The notes under the pieces were generated by a model. The model saw only the letters and a program-made list of their open reading frames with translations. It did not search any database and was not told the DNA's origin. DNA of 64,000 nucleotides from Nanobdellota archaeon (lineage in GTDB: Archaea; Nanobdellota; Nanobdellia; Pacearchaeales; GW2011-AR1): NCBI GenBank assembly GCA_038045705.1, contig JBBSXO010000001.1:111669-175668 (forward strand), read 5' to 3'. Of the stretch, positions 19,987 to 30,343 are shown one piece after another; the first letter of the stretch is position 1; each line of letters starts with the position of its first letter. A program made the position numbers and the translations under genes.

Positions 19987-20741
19987 CCAGCAGGTAAAGC
20001 ACACCCCCTTGTAGCCATCGTTAAACTCTCACCTGTCTTTTTATTTTTGACAGTATAAATCTTTGTTGTATCTTCCATCATATAGACTCTTATGTCATAC
20101 TCTGGGTAAAGTATCATAAATCCATCATTGCTAAAGTAACACCATTTAGCTTCTTGAGCAACTATTTCATTTACAACAAAACCAATACTTTGTATTTTAG
20201 TAAAAACAAAAGTATCAAATCTACTAAATTTACGAGAATTATCTGATTTAGTTATAGTAATATCTCCCTCCAAAGAGATTTCAACGACTTCAGGTTTGAA
20301 TTTAGCTTCGACTTTAACTTGCCCAGAGTCAGAGATTTCATAATTTCTCGCAGTTAATTCTTCTTTTAATGCAGAAAAACATTGTTGAGCATCATCTTGA
20401 ATATTTTCATTAAATTCTTTTTCAATTTGAGTTACATAAAGTGGAAATTGATTAATACAAGGTTCAAAATTATTTATATTTTTACACAAATAAGGAATGT
20501 TTTTTGTTCTATATAAAACAGTATCTTCAGCAGAAACAAGACCACCATTAGAAAGCATTTCATCAATAAGCAATTCAGCCCGTTCATTAATGCAAGTTCT
20601 CAAATAACCTTCAGGATTATCAAAATCCTGCTCTCTTAATGAGACACTTCCCCTATTTATTAATATCACAACAAAAACAACTGCTACAATAATTATTGCA
20701 ATAATTACAAAAACAGTAACTTGTCCTTTTTTTTCCATCAT
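19977..20741 (-). CDS. Pilin-like protein (class III signal peptide)
   Basis: EKKG/QVTVFVIIAIIIV. Confidence 0.78.
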   Translation of the reverse strand: MMEKKGQVTVFVIIAIIIVAVVFVVILINRGSVSLREQDFDNPEGYLRTCINERAELLIDEMLSNGGLVSAEDTVLYRTKNIPYLCKNINNFEPCINQFPLYVTQIEKEFNENIQDDAQQCFSALKEELTARNYEISDSGQVKVEAKFKPEVVEISLEGDITITKSDNSRKFSRFDTFVFTKIQSIGFVVNEIVAQEAKWCYFSNDGFMILYPEYDIRVYMMEDTTKIYTVKNKKTGESLTMATRGCALPAGWF

Positions 20742-20783
20742 CTCTTCTTTCAGAAAGAGTTTTGTTTATTTTTATACCCTCTG

Positions 20784-21512
20784 TTAATCGTCTTGTTCAA
20801 CCCTAGGGGCTAGAACAAAAGAAAGCATAACTTTTCCAGATGGAAAATTAAGCCTCATAGGATGATTGTCTGAAAAGTTAATCTCTGCTCTATTTGCTAT
20901 TTTTGCTCCTTTAACAAACTTACTCAAATATTCTAAAGAAAATCTTGCCGAACTAACATCAGAAAATATTTGTGCTTCATCGCTTGAAAATTCAGTTTTG
21001 GCAGAATGCAAATTACTAGATTCAATAATAAACTTATCAGGAGCAGCTATAAATGTACAAGCATCAGCAACAACTGCGCAATCTTCAATTGCATCAACAA
21101 ATGCTTGTGCATCTAGTTTTATCACGCTCTTAAACTCCCATGCAGGCATTTGTTTATCATCACCTTCAACATCAATTAATGCAAGTGAGAATTCTCTCTT
21201 TATTTTATCATTAATAATTATCTTTAGGGAACTTTCTTCTTTTTCCATTATAAGTGAGCTACCCATTTTACACCTTCTCATTATAGAATTAAGATTCTCC
21301 AAATTCACACCAAGAATTTCATCTTTTTCAACAACAAACTCAGAAAACAAATCACTAGGTATATTAAAATAAGCCATAGCAACATTAGCTGGATCTAGCG
21401 CAGTAAGACTCATTCCTTCTTTAGTTACTTTAATTCTGACTTCAGTAACAAGTTCTGAAATGATACTAATAAGATGTGCCAAAATTCGTGGATCTTCTAG
21501 TTTTAACTTCAT
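20784..21512 (-). CDS. pcn: DNA polymerase sliding clamp PCNA
   Basis: ALDPANVAM, FSLEYLSKF and C-terminal FVLAPRVE; typical length. Confidence 0.95.
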   Translation of the reverse strand: MKLKLEDPRILAHLISIISELVTEVRIKVTKEGMSLTALDPANVAMAYFNIPSDLFSEFVVEKDEILGVNLENLNSIMRRCKMGSSLIMEKEESSLKIIINDKIKREFSLALIDVEGDDKQMPAWEFKSVIKLDAQAFVDAIEDCAVVADACTFIAAPDKFIIESSNLHSAKTEFSSDEAQIFSDVSSARFSLEYLSKFVKGAKIANRAEINFSDNHPMRLNFPSGKVMLSFVLAPRVEQDD

Positions 21513-21579
21513 ATTATCCAAAAAAATGTTTTACTTTTAAGCATTATGGTGTTGATAGAACAAGTAGTTTATTCCATAA

Positions 21580-22086
21580 TTAAATAATATAGGTTCCTTG
21601 TCCTGCCCCGCCTTGTGTTCGACCATTTTCAGTCGCTATTACAATAAATGGATAATTCCCAACAATCGCAGTTGAAGAACTACTTAAAACATAATTTCCT
21701 CCAAGCATACTACAACCATCACAAAGTCTAACAGGATTAGGGGGAACTGTAGTTCCATTTGTTAAATTCGAAGGAGCATTAATCTGAGAATTCCACCCAG
21801 AAGTAGGATTAAACATTAAAACATCTGAAATAAAGAACTGAACAGTCCCACAACCAACATTATTATTTCTTAGTCCTATATCATAATTCAAAGTTGCACC
21901 AGCAGACCCAAGTTGACTAGGTGGTGTAACTGTAACACTTGGGACATTCTGGACACATCCCGATGGGAGAGAAATTCCAGTAGATCGAGGTTTTACTGGA
22001 GGTGCTAAATTTGGCGGATCTATCATCAAAAACACAAACATGCCAAGAATAACAGCAACAACAATCCCAATAATCAACCTACTCAT
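21580..22086 (-). CDS. Hypothetical membrane-anchored Ig-like protein
   Basis: N-terminal TM, Pro-rich linker and beta-rich domain. Confidence 0.6.
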   Translation of the reverse strand: MSRLIIGIVVAVILGMFVFLMIDPPNLAPPVKPRSTGISLPSGCVQNVPSVTVTPPSQLGSAGATLNYDIGLRNNNVGCGTVQFFISDVLMFNPTSGWNSQINAPSNLTNGTTVPPNPVRLCDGCSMLGGNYVLSSSSTAIVGNYPFIVIATENGRTQGGAGQGTYII

Positions 22087-22175
22087 GATTAAAATAAATT
22101 CAAGAGATATATAAATATTTAGCCTTTATTCAAAAATAACACAATTCATATAAATCTCGCAAATACCAAAATAGG

Positions 22176-23774
22176 GTGGAAGAGGTATCTGAAAAGGAAA
22201 AAAGGATAAGAGCAATAACAAGATTATACTATTCAAACCCCAAAGTCCAGGAGGCTTTACTTTCTTTCGCAAAAGACAGAGAAGTTGTTCCCCGGTATTT
22301 TGAATCCTTTGGGAAAAGACCAGATACATTACAATATAATTCAGACATAATGGGTCTAGTCAATAAAGGGGCTACCTCATTTCATGCTTCAGAAGAGATA
22401 TGGAATGATCCTCTAGCAATAAACTCTGACATGAATCAAAAAGAGTTAACTGAATGTAGAAAATCATGGGATTTACTAATAGATATTGACTCTCCTTTTC
22501 TAGATTATTCAAAAATAGCAGCAGTATTGCTTGCAGATGAATTAGAAAGATATGGAATATCCAGTTATAAAATAAAATTCAGTGGCAGTAAAGGATTCCA
22601 TTTAATTGTTCCAGGAAACAGTTTTCCAGAGACGTTAGATAATATTGAAACAAAAAAGATGTTTCCAGATTGGCCAAGAGCAATTGTCCAATATTTAATG
22701 GTAAGAATAAAACAGAATTATAATTCAAAAATAAAAGAATTAGGGATAAATTTTGATGCTGTAAAAGAAAGAATGAATTTATCAGAAACAGATTTAGTTT
22801 CTGTTCAGTGTCCTAACTGTAACAAGCCAGTAAATAAAACTAATTTTATAGAGTTTGCTTGTGAGAAGTGTGGTAACCCTTATAGCAGGCCAGACTATAA
22901 AATAACAAAGAAAAAAATAAGGTGTATGAATGAAAGCTGTTCTGGTTTTTTAGAAGTTAGAAAAATAATAGAAGATTATCTTTTCTGCAATAATTGTAAA
23001 ACAAAGCTTAATTTAAATCAGGATAGTTTCCAATTAAATACAAGAAATAAAATACAGGAATCAAGAGAATCAAAAAACAGTTTAATTGTAAATGAATTTA
23101 AAGAAGAATTAGCTGGAGAAAAGATAGCTTCTTTAGACTTAGTTTTAGTAGCCTCAAGGCATTTATTTAGAATGCCTTATTCATTACATGAAAAAACTGC
23201 TTTAGCAAGTGTAGTTCTTGACAAATCTGAAATTATGCAGTTTACTCCAAAAGACGCAAGCCCTATGAAAGTTACAATAAAACCATTCTACAAAATAAAT
23301 GATAAAAAAGAAGCAACTGAATTGCTAAAAGATGCTTTAAAATGGTCTGAACAGAATGAAATTTCTTCCCAATCTAATAAAAAGAGAATATCTGAAGAAT
23401 ATGTAGCAGACTATACTGGAGTTACGGAAGAAATGTTTCCTCAATCAATAAAACAATTGTTAAAAGGGTTACAGGAAGGAAGAAAAAGAGGTCTATTTGT
23501 TCTTTTAACTTTTCTTAGATGTTTGAATTATCCTGATGATTATGTATCTCAAAAGATTAATGATTGGAATAAGAAAAACGACCCTCCTCTAAAAGAGGGC
23601 TATGTCAAATCCCAGTTAGACTGGCATTTTAAACAAAAAAAGAAAATCCTTCCACCTAATTATAGTAATGACAGTTTTTACAAAGATTTAAAGTTAATAG
23701 ATAAAAAGCCATTAGAAAAAAACCCGTTAGTTGAAGTTTCAAGAAAATTAAGAAAATCTATTTCAAATCAATAG
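22176..23774 (+). CDS. priSL: DNA primase, fused small/large subunit (PriS-PriL) with inserted Zn-ribbon
   Basis: AEP motifs WDLLIDID, KFSGSKGFH and D...RHLFRMPYSLH; four CxxC-type pairs inserted; PriL-CTD-like C-terminus (GRKRGLFVL...WN...PPL). Confidence 0.88.
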   Translation: MEEVSEKEKRIRAITRLYYSNPKVQEALLSFAKDREVVPRYFESFGKRPDTLQYNSDIMGLVNKGATSFHASEEIWNDPLAINSDMNQKELTECRKSWDLLIDIDSPFLDYSKIAAVLLADELERYGISSYKIKFSGSKGFHLIVPGNSFPETLDNIETKKMFPDWPRAIVQYLMVRIKQNYNSKIKELGINFDAVKERMNLSETDLVSVQCPNCNKPVNKTNFIEFACEKCGNPYSRPDYKITKKKIRCMNESCSGFLEVRKIIEDYLFCNNCKTKLNLNQDSFQLNTRNKIQESRESKNSLIVNEFKEELAGEKIASLDLVLVASRHLFRMPYSLHEKTALASVVLDKSEIMQFTPKDASPMKVTIKPFYKINDKKEATELLKDALKWSEQNEISSQSNKKRISEEYVADYTGVTEEMFPQSIKQLLKGLQEGRKRGLFVLLTFLRCLNYPDDYVSQKINDWNKKNDPPLKEGYVKSQLDWHFKQKKKILPPNYSNDSFYKDLKLIDKKPLEKNPLVEVSRKLRKSISNQ

Positions 23775-26700
23775 TAATGAATTGTCTCTCAACTTCCTGA
23801 CTAGCTTTTCTTATTGCAAGTTGATTTCTTATTATCTTAATCACAATAAACATTCCAAAAGCAAGTAGAACAACAATTCCAAACCATGCAATTGTTCTCA
23901 AATTATTATCAGATATTGCAAAGCCAGATATTCCTCCAGTAGTCAATCTAACTGTTTGTTGTTTTTGATTAATATCAAGACCATCAGAAGCTTCCATTAT
24001 TAATATATAATCCCCTATTGAATTTTTAGGCAACTCAAATTCACTTTCAATCTCTTTTCTTTCATCTGCAAGTAAACTTACAGAGCTAAATGGACCTTCA
24101 GACGCTATTTCATTATTAGAGTCAATAAATTTGTAATTGATATTCAATTCTTTATTTTCAAGAGCAAAGTTTTCGATTGAATAACTAACTTTCAGTTTAG
24201 TGCCTATTCTTTCAGATTCAAGTATGTTTAATTCAAACTCTCCTCCAATAACTTCTATCTGATAGGTGAAACTTGAATTAATTTCTTGGCAGTTTACTCC
24301 AAGTGTAACAAAATAGTCTCCTATTTCCGCATCTATCGGAATATTAACTGAAAATATATAGTCTACTGTTTCTCCAGGACTTAAAGAGTAAACATCTTGT
24401 CCAGAAACCCAATCAGATACTCCAGCATTAGCCGTAAACAGGCAACTGTTCAAAAACCTTAATCCATTATTTTTTACAGGCAACTCTATAGATTCAGATT
24501 CTCCTCTTCTTATTCTTAAAGAATCTATTTCTTGAGGTTCAGCACTAAATGATTGTCTTAAGCTTACGCTACCACCACCTTCTCCAGAGCTTCCACCACT
24601 CCCTCCTGAAGAGCCTCCTCCGCCTCCAGAAGATGAAGGAACTTCTATTGTAAAGCTTTTACGAGTTGTATTAGTGTTTCCAGCAGAATCATTTACACTC
24701 ACCCACAAGAAGTAACTTGACTCAGTGTCTAAAGTAAACGTAGTTGTAGCACAGTCTACTAATTCGGGGTTTGGGTTTCCTATAACCACATTTCCTGTCG
24801 CTGCAAATGTTACATTATAGAAGCACTGAACAGGGCTAGCATCAGTATAAGTTAAACTTATAGGGATATTAGTTAGACTGGCATAAATTCCATTAGGCTC
24901 AATTACTGTAACATTAGGTTTAGTTTTATCGATGTAAAATGTTTGGTTCCCAGTAATTGAATTATGTCCTAAAGTATCATTACATTGGACTGCCCATGAA
25001 TATGATCCTTCATTTGCATTACTCATATTCAAAGAGAAAGAATTATCCTGTCCTGAAATAACAGTATAGTTAGTTTGATTCAATTGATACAATCCCGTAG
25101 AATTTGTCCATAAACTACAAGTCTGCAAATCTAAATCAGACGGGGTATAAACAAAATCAATTTTTTGAGAAGCTGAAAATCCAAAATAACTATCTATTGG
25201 ACTTGTAGGGTTTATTGATGGAGCATTAACACTTACTGTAAATATATTTGAATCAAATCCAACATTTCCAGTACTATCATTGGCATAGACAAAAATCTCA
25301 TATAATCCATCACTATTTACATTAAATGTTGTATTCTGACAGCCTGGAATTGTGAAATTAGAAAATCCTTCAGTCAATGTGTACCAACAACTTTGTAATG
25401 CTGGGTCTACAGCACTGAAATTTAAATTTAAACCACTAAGACTTCCAATAACTGAACCTGCAATAGGAGAGAAAATATTAATTGATGGAGCTTGAGTGTT
25501 TATTACAAAAGTATTTGTTGAACTTCCAAGGTTTCCAAATGTATCATTAGCATAAATTTTGACAAAATTAGTTCCTTGATTTCCTACAAAAGAGAAGTTT
25601 GTTCCGCAAGTAATTGTGTTATTAACTGCTCCAGAAGAATTTGTCCACCAACATCTACTAATTCCAACTCCCGAATCAAAAACAGTATAATTTACAAAAA
25701 CTGTGGTATTTGTAAGTAATGAATTATTAACAGGTAAAACAATATCTATAGTAGGTCCGACACTATCAACAAAGAAAGATACAGAGCTTGAACTTTCAGA
25801 TCCAGTGCTATCATTAGCATAAACTCTCCATAAGTTATTTCCCTGTCCACTTGACAGCTCAGTAACATTTTCTCCACAAACAATCGTCTCATTTATAACT
25901 CCAGAATCAATAGAATACCAACAACTATCTAGATCAACATCAAATACTGTATAATTAATAGATGTCTGCAAAGAGCTATAATTCGAATTGTTTCTTGGAT
26001 GAGTTATATTTAATATAGGATGAGAATTAGTAGTCAAATAGCCTATACTCACATTATACAATTTAGGAGTATAATCAACATCTTCAGTACTAAAATCAAA
26101 CTTATATTGAAAATATCTATTACTGTTCAAGTTAAGACTTTGTGAAGAGGTTCCATTTATTCTAGAATAACTTTCACCAGAACAAGAAGCATCATCACAA
26201 CTTCTTACACTTAAGTTTAATTTAGATATTCCGCGTAGATATCTGTCTTGAATTTCTTGTGCACTCAAAGACCTGTTATATACTGCAACTTCATCAATTA
26301 AACCATCAAAGGGGAATCCATTAGGATTTGTTCCACTCCAACCAGAGCCCACAACAAAGTCAAGGTTATTTGTAGAAACAGTTCCAGTTCTTGCAGTAGG
26401 AGTATGATCAAGAGCTCCATCAACGTAAAGTCTAACTTGAGAGCCATTATATGTTGCTACAAGATGATACCATTCATTTACATTCATATCAGTATTTGCA
26501 GAATAAGTAGTAGCAGTTCCTGAACTAGTGTCAAGTATAAATGTCAAAACATTAGTTGCACCAGAAGACACAAAAAAAGAGATCAATGAAGGTCCTTTGT
26601 CTATTATTGTCGGATCAGACGGGAAACTTTCAGGTCTTATCCATGCTTCAAGAGTTAACTGACTTCCAAAATTACTCAAATGAGAAGGATTTGAAAAGTT

Positions 26701-27195
26701 GATAAATTCTCCATTAGATCCAGTTCCAGTCTCAAAGTCCAAACTTGTATTAAACTTTCCTTGAGCACCATACTCTGGGCCTTCAAACAAAGTAGCTCTC
26801 CCAGTATTATTATATTCAGAGTAATCGGTTATATTTCCACTTAATTCATTCATATGCAAAAGCAAAACATTTCCAGCCATATTAAGAGGACTTACAAAAT
26901 TTCCAGACTCTAAAATTCCATTATTAGAAAGCTCACATCCATAACATAGTTCGGTTGTCCATGAAATATTATTCCAAGTCGAGTTTATTCCAACATCAAA
27001 TATTCTACTAGAAAAATTACCAGATGTCTGAGAAGCATTTAGTTGAACAAACCCGCTGAAATTGTAAAATGTTCTATAAAATGTTCCATTTGTAATATCT
27101 CCAAAATCACTGTCATCAAGCAAAGAAGCATTTACAAAAGTTATAAATACAAAAAGCAATATACTTACAAATAATATATTCCTCTTTCTTAACAT
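23758..27195 (-). CDS. Large surface glycoprotein with LamG/concanavalin-like domain and Ig-like repeats
   Basis: LTLEAWIRP, WYHLVATYNG..LYVDG and FDGLIDEVAVYNRSLS; repeated VYANDS/T; Gly-Ser linker; C-terminal TM. Confidence 0.85.
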   Translation of the reverse strand: MLRKRNILFVSILLFVFITFVNASLLDDSDFGDITNGTFYRTFYNFSGFVQLNASQTSGNFSSRIFDVGINSTWNNISWTTELCYGCELSNNGILESGNFVSPLNMAGNVLLLHMNELSGNITDYSEYNNTGRATLFEGPEYGAQGKFNTSLDFETGTGSNGEFINFSNPSHLSNFGSQLTLEAWIRPESFPSDPTIIDKGPSLISFFVSSGATNVLTFILDTSSGTATTYSANTDMNVNEWYHLVATYNGSQVRLYVDGALDHTPTARTGTVSTNNLDFVVGSGWSGTNPNGFPFDGLIDEVAVYNRSLSAQEIQDRYLRGISKLNLSVRSCDDASCSGESYSRINGTSSQSLNLNSNRYFQYKFDFSTEDVDYTPKLYNVSIGYLTTNSHPILNITHPRNNSNYSSLQTSINYTVFDVDLDSCWYSIDSGVINETIVCGENVTELSSGQGNNLWRVYANDSTGSESSSSVSFFVDSVGPTIDIVLPVNNSLLTNTTVFVNYTVFDSGVGISRCWWTNSSGAVNNTITCGTNFSFVGNQGTNFVKIYANDTFGNLGSSTNTFVINTQAPSINIFSPIAGSVIGSLSGLNLNFSAVDPALQSCWYTLTEGFSNFTIPGCQNTTFNVNSDGLYEIFVYANDSTGNVGFDSNIFTVSVNAPSINPTSPIDSYFGFSASQKIDFVYTPSDLDLQTCSLWTNSTGLYQLNQTNYTVISGQDNSFSLNMSNANEGSYSWAVQCNDTLGHNSITGNQTFYIDKTKPNVTVIEPNGIYASLTNIPISLTYTDASPVQCFYNVTFAATGNVVIGNPNPELVDCATTTFTLDTESSYFLWVSVNDSAGNTNTTRKSFTIEVPSSSGGGGGSSGGSGGSSGEGGGSVSLRQSFSAEPQEIDSLRIRRGESESIELPVKNNGLRFLNSCLFTANAGVSDWVSGQDVYSLSPGETVDYIFSVNIPIDAEIGDYFVTLGVNCQEINSSFTYQIEVIGGEFELNILESERIGTKLKVSYSIENFALENKELNINYKFIDSNNEIASEGPFSSVSLLADERKEIESEFELPKNSIGDYILIMEASDGLDINQKQQTVRLTTGGISGFAISDNNLRTIAWFGIVVLLAFGMFIVIKIIRNQLAIRKASQEVERQFITIDLK

Positions 27196-27285
27196 GAAAG
27201 CCTAAGAACCTCTTTAATTTTAAACATTACCCTTCTAACAGTTTCTTTTAAGAATCTTTATAAACACTTTCTCCTCCAGTAGTCT

Positions 27286-29154
27286 ATGCAAAAAAAGAGT
27301 GTTGTAATTATTTTATTAACTATATTTTTCCTGTCATTTGCTCTTGCTCAGAACGCGTCAAACAATGCCTCAAGCGGAACATCTTCAGGTTCAACATCAA
27401 ATTCAGGAAATACAAATATAATTTCTAAAGCATACCAATGTTTACAAAGTCAAGTAGATGCTAAGTCTCAAAATTCAATATCTTTACAGGAAGCTATTTT
27501 TGGAGTTTTAGCTTTAGGCTCTAATTCTAAACTTGTTTCAGTAATTGAAAGCAAAATAGTAACTGGAGACCATTGGCAAGAATCATCAAATCCGTTAAAA
27601 GATACTTCTCAGGCAATGTTAGCTTATAATAGAATAGGAAGAAATACAGATGCAATAAAATCATGGATATTATCAAAGAGACAAGTAGCAACAGATTTAA
27701 CATGGTATCTTGAAATTGACATAGATAATCATGAATCTGCTCAATGCACTTTATCTTATAGTAACGAACAACAAAGAACAATAAATATTAATGAAGATAT
27801 GACTCTCTCTGGAAGTCCAGGGTCTTGTCTCTCAATAGCCACAGGAGGTTTCTGGCTCAGAGTAAGTAATACATGCATAGATTACAATTATACAATTTCA
27901 TGTGACAAAGACTTTACAACATCAACATTATATCAAAGAACGGGCTCATCAACTATCTTCGTCTCTCCTGTTGCTCATTCAACATCAGCATTAGGAACAA
28001 CAACTGAAAAAATAAACTCAAAGTGTTTATCTTCTTCCTCAGTATCTTGTGATTATGAAGGCACTTTATGGGCTGCTCTAGTTCTAGACAAAACTGGAAA
28101 TTCAATAAATGAGTATTTGCCTTATTTATCTGCATTATCTGAATCTAACAAAAGATTTCTTTCTAGTAGTTTCTTACATATTTTAACAGACGGTCAAGAT
28201 CAATATTCTGAATTAGTTCAGGAACAACAGGAAGGAAAATTCTGGCAAGCTCCGAACACACCTTACAATAGATATTATGATTCTGCTTTAGCAATTCTAT
28301 CATTACAAGGAACAAACTCAATAGAAGAATCTAATTCTAAAACTTATTTTGAAAGCATAACAACTCCGGAAGGTTGTTGGAATAATAACAATATAAGAGA
28401 TACAGGATTCTTGCTTTATGCTGGATGGCCAAGAACTATTTCAGGCTCTGGCAGTTCTGGAGGATCAGGTTCAGCACAAACTTGCGAATCAGCAGGCTTT
28501 TCTTGTACTTCGGTATTCACATGTAGTGATTTAGAAGGAGATGTTTTAGAAAACTATCAATGCCCTGGAACAAGAGTTTGTTGTTCTGAATCTCAAACAG
28601 TACAATCATGCTCCGAACAATCTGGATTTATTTGTTCATCAGCCGAATCTTGTTCTGGAACAACAGTCCAGTCTTCAGATGGTTCTTGTTGTCTAGGTTC
28701 TTGTTCACCTATCTCTCAATCAGATGCCTGTGTTTCTTCAGGTGGTGGATGTTATCCATCTTGTAATGAGAACGAAGAGCAAGTTTCAGCAACATGTTCA
28801 GATTCAGGAAACGTTTGTTGTAAGACGGTAAGTTCAGGATCAGATAGTAATATAGGTGTCTGGATAACAATTTTAGTAATCTTAATCATTTTAATTATAG
28901 CTGGAATATTAATGAGAAACAAGCTAAAAATGATGTTATTTAAGTCAAGAAATAAATCTCCTCCATCACCTACAGGAAGAGGAATCCCCCCTGGAACAAA
29001 ACCACCATTTCCCCCATTCAGAGGATCAGTTCCTTATCCAAGGGCACAGCCAAGAATAATTCCTTCAACATCTCCTCCAGTAAGAAGACCCCCAGTGAAC
29101 AAAGATAAAGAAATGGAAGAAACAATGGCAAAACTCAAAGAAATGAGTAAGTAA
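27286..29154 (+). CDS. Surface protein with helical domain, Cys-rich repeats, TM and Pro-rich cytoplasmic tail
   Basis: Signal peptide; CxxxGxxC...CC repeats; TM; PPSPTGRGIPPGTKPPFPP tail. Confidence 0.75.
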   Translation: MQKKSVVIILLTIFFLSFALAQNASNNASSGTSSGSTSNSGNTNIISKAYQCLQSQVDAKSQNSISLQEAIFGVLALGSNSKLVSVIESKIVTGDHWQESSNPLKDTSQAMLAYNRIGRNTDAIKSWILSKRQVATDLTWYLEIDIDNHESAQCTLSYSNEQQRTININEDMTLSGSPGSCLSIATGGFWLRVSNTCIDYNYTISCDKDFTTSTLYQRTGSSTIFVSPVAHSTSALGTTTEKINSKCLSSSSVSCDYEGTLWAALVLDKTGNSINEYLPYLSALSESNKRFLSSSFLHILTDGQDQYSELVQEQQEGKFWQAPNTPYNRYYDSALAILSLQGTNSIEESNSKTYFESITTPEGCWNNNNIRDTGFLLYAGWPRTISGSGSSGGSGSAQTCESAGFSCTSVFTCSDLEGDVLENYQCPGTRVCCSESQTVQSCSEQSGFICSSAESCSGTTVQSSDGSCCLGSCSPISQSDACVSSGGGCYPSCNENEEQVSATCSDSGNVCCKTVSSGSDSNIGVWITILVILIILIIAGILMRNKLKMMLFKSRNKSPPSPTGRGIPPGTKPPFPPFRGSVPYPRAQPRIIPSTSPPVRRPPVNKDKEMEETMAKLKEMSK

Positions 29155-29155
29155 C

Positions 29156-30343
29156 ATGAAAAAATTATTTTTGATTTTTATTATAGCTTTAATTCCTTTT
29201 GCTTCATCTATTAGTACAACAATGCTTCAATCTTATCAACCAGGAGAAACAATGATTATAGAAATTCAAGGAAATATTCTCCAACCAATTGAAAGAAACG
29301 ATATAGTCTTCAAAAGAGCCCATGTTTCAATAGCAGTTGATTACGATGTAAAAAGAATTTTAGATAAGTATTATCTTTATGCTCAAGTTCCAACAAATCT
29401 AAATAATTATACTTTGTTCATAAATGATATTTCAACAACAGTTAATGGTCAAAATCAAGCAGTAAACTTTAATCAAACATTTCAAGTTTCAGGCAATTTA
29501 ACAGATTATTCAGTAAATCCCGGTTTTGTTGTAACAAATCAAGACTTTTTTTTAGTAGTAAGATCTAATCTAGATCAGCAAACAACAATAAATGTTAATT
29601 TTCCTGAAGAAAGAGCAATAGCAATAAATCCTGGTATCAATAATATTCAGTTTCCTATAATATCAAAATCTTCAGGAGTTTATTTAATAACAATTGGTAA
29701 ATATACAGTTCCAACTCAAATTCTAAATTCTCAATTATCAAATGAATCTCAAGAAACTTCAATAAGTGTTTATCCAAAGATATTTAGGGAAACTTTAAAA
29801 TTAAATACTCAAAAAACTTACAGAATATTATTAACAAACAATGGTCAAGAAAGAGTAGATAATATATATTTTAATTATAATCAAGAAATATTCTCATTAG
29901 ATAAGGAAACAATATTCTTGGAGTCTAATGCCTCAGCAAACATATCAGTAAGCCTAAAAAAACTAAACAATCCAATATTAGAAAAAATATTCGTAGCAAT
30001 AGGTAGTGAAATAATTGAGAACATTACTTTTGAGATATCTTTTACTGAAAACGAAAGTCAAGTTACAAATAGTTCAAATCCAGAATACTATTGTTCTGAA
30101 CTAGGTGGAAAATTTTGTTCAGCCCTAGAAATGTGTTCTGGTCAACTAAACCAAGCTTTAGATGGTTCATGTTGTGTAGGTGAATGTAAATTACAAGAAG
30201 AATCATCCCGTAATTGGATATTATATGGTCTAATAATAATAGTCTTAATTATATTAATAATAATTTATTTCAAATATAAAAAAACAAGTCTGCCAAGGCC
30301 TAAAAATTTAGCAATTAACTCAGTTTTAAAAAAACCTATTTAG
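29156..30343 (+). CDS. Surface protein with Cys motif and C-terminal TM anchor
   Basis: Signal peptide; CSELGGKFC...DGSCC motif also present in the upstream gene; TM followed by basic tail. Confidence 0.72.
   Translation: MKKLFLIFIIALIPFASSISTTMLQSYQPGETMIIEIQGNILQPIERNDIVFKRAHVSIAVDYDVKRILDKYYLYAQVPTNLNNYTLFINDISTTVNGQNQAVNFNQTFQVSGNLTDYSVNPGFVVTNQDFFLVVRSNLDQQTTINVNFPEERAIAINPGINNIQFPIISKSSGVYLITIGKYTVPTQILNSQLSNESQETSISVYPKIFRETLKLNTQKTYRILLTNNGQERVDNIYFNYNQEIFSLDKETIFLESNASANISVSLKKLNNPILEKIFVAIGSEIIENITFEISFTENESQVTNSSNPEYYCSELGGKFCSALEMCSGQLNQALDGSCCVGECKLQEESSRNWILYGLIIIVLIILIIIYFKYKKTSLPRPKNLAINSVLKKPI

Noticed and set aside
22790..23100. Intein in the primase
   Set aside because: The insert is CxxC-rich, without intein N-terminal C/S and C-terminal HN-C/S/T motifs.
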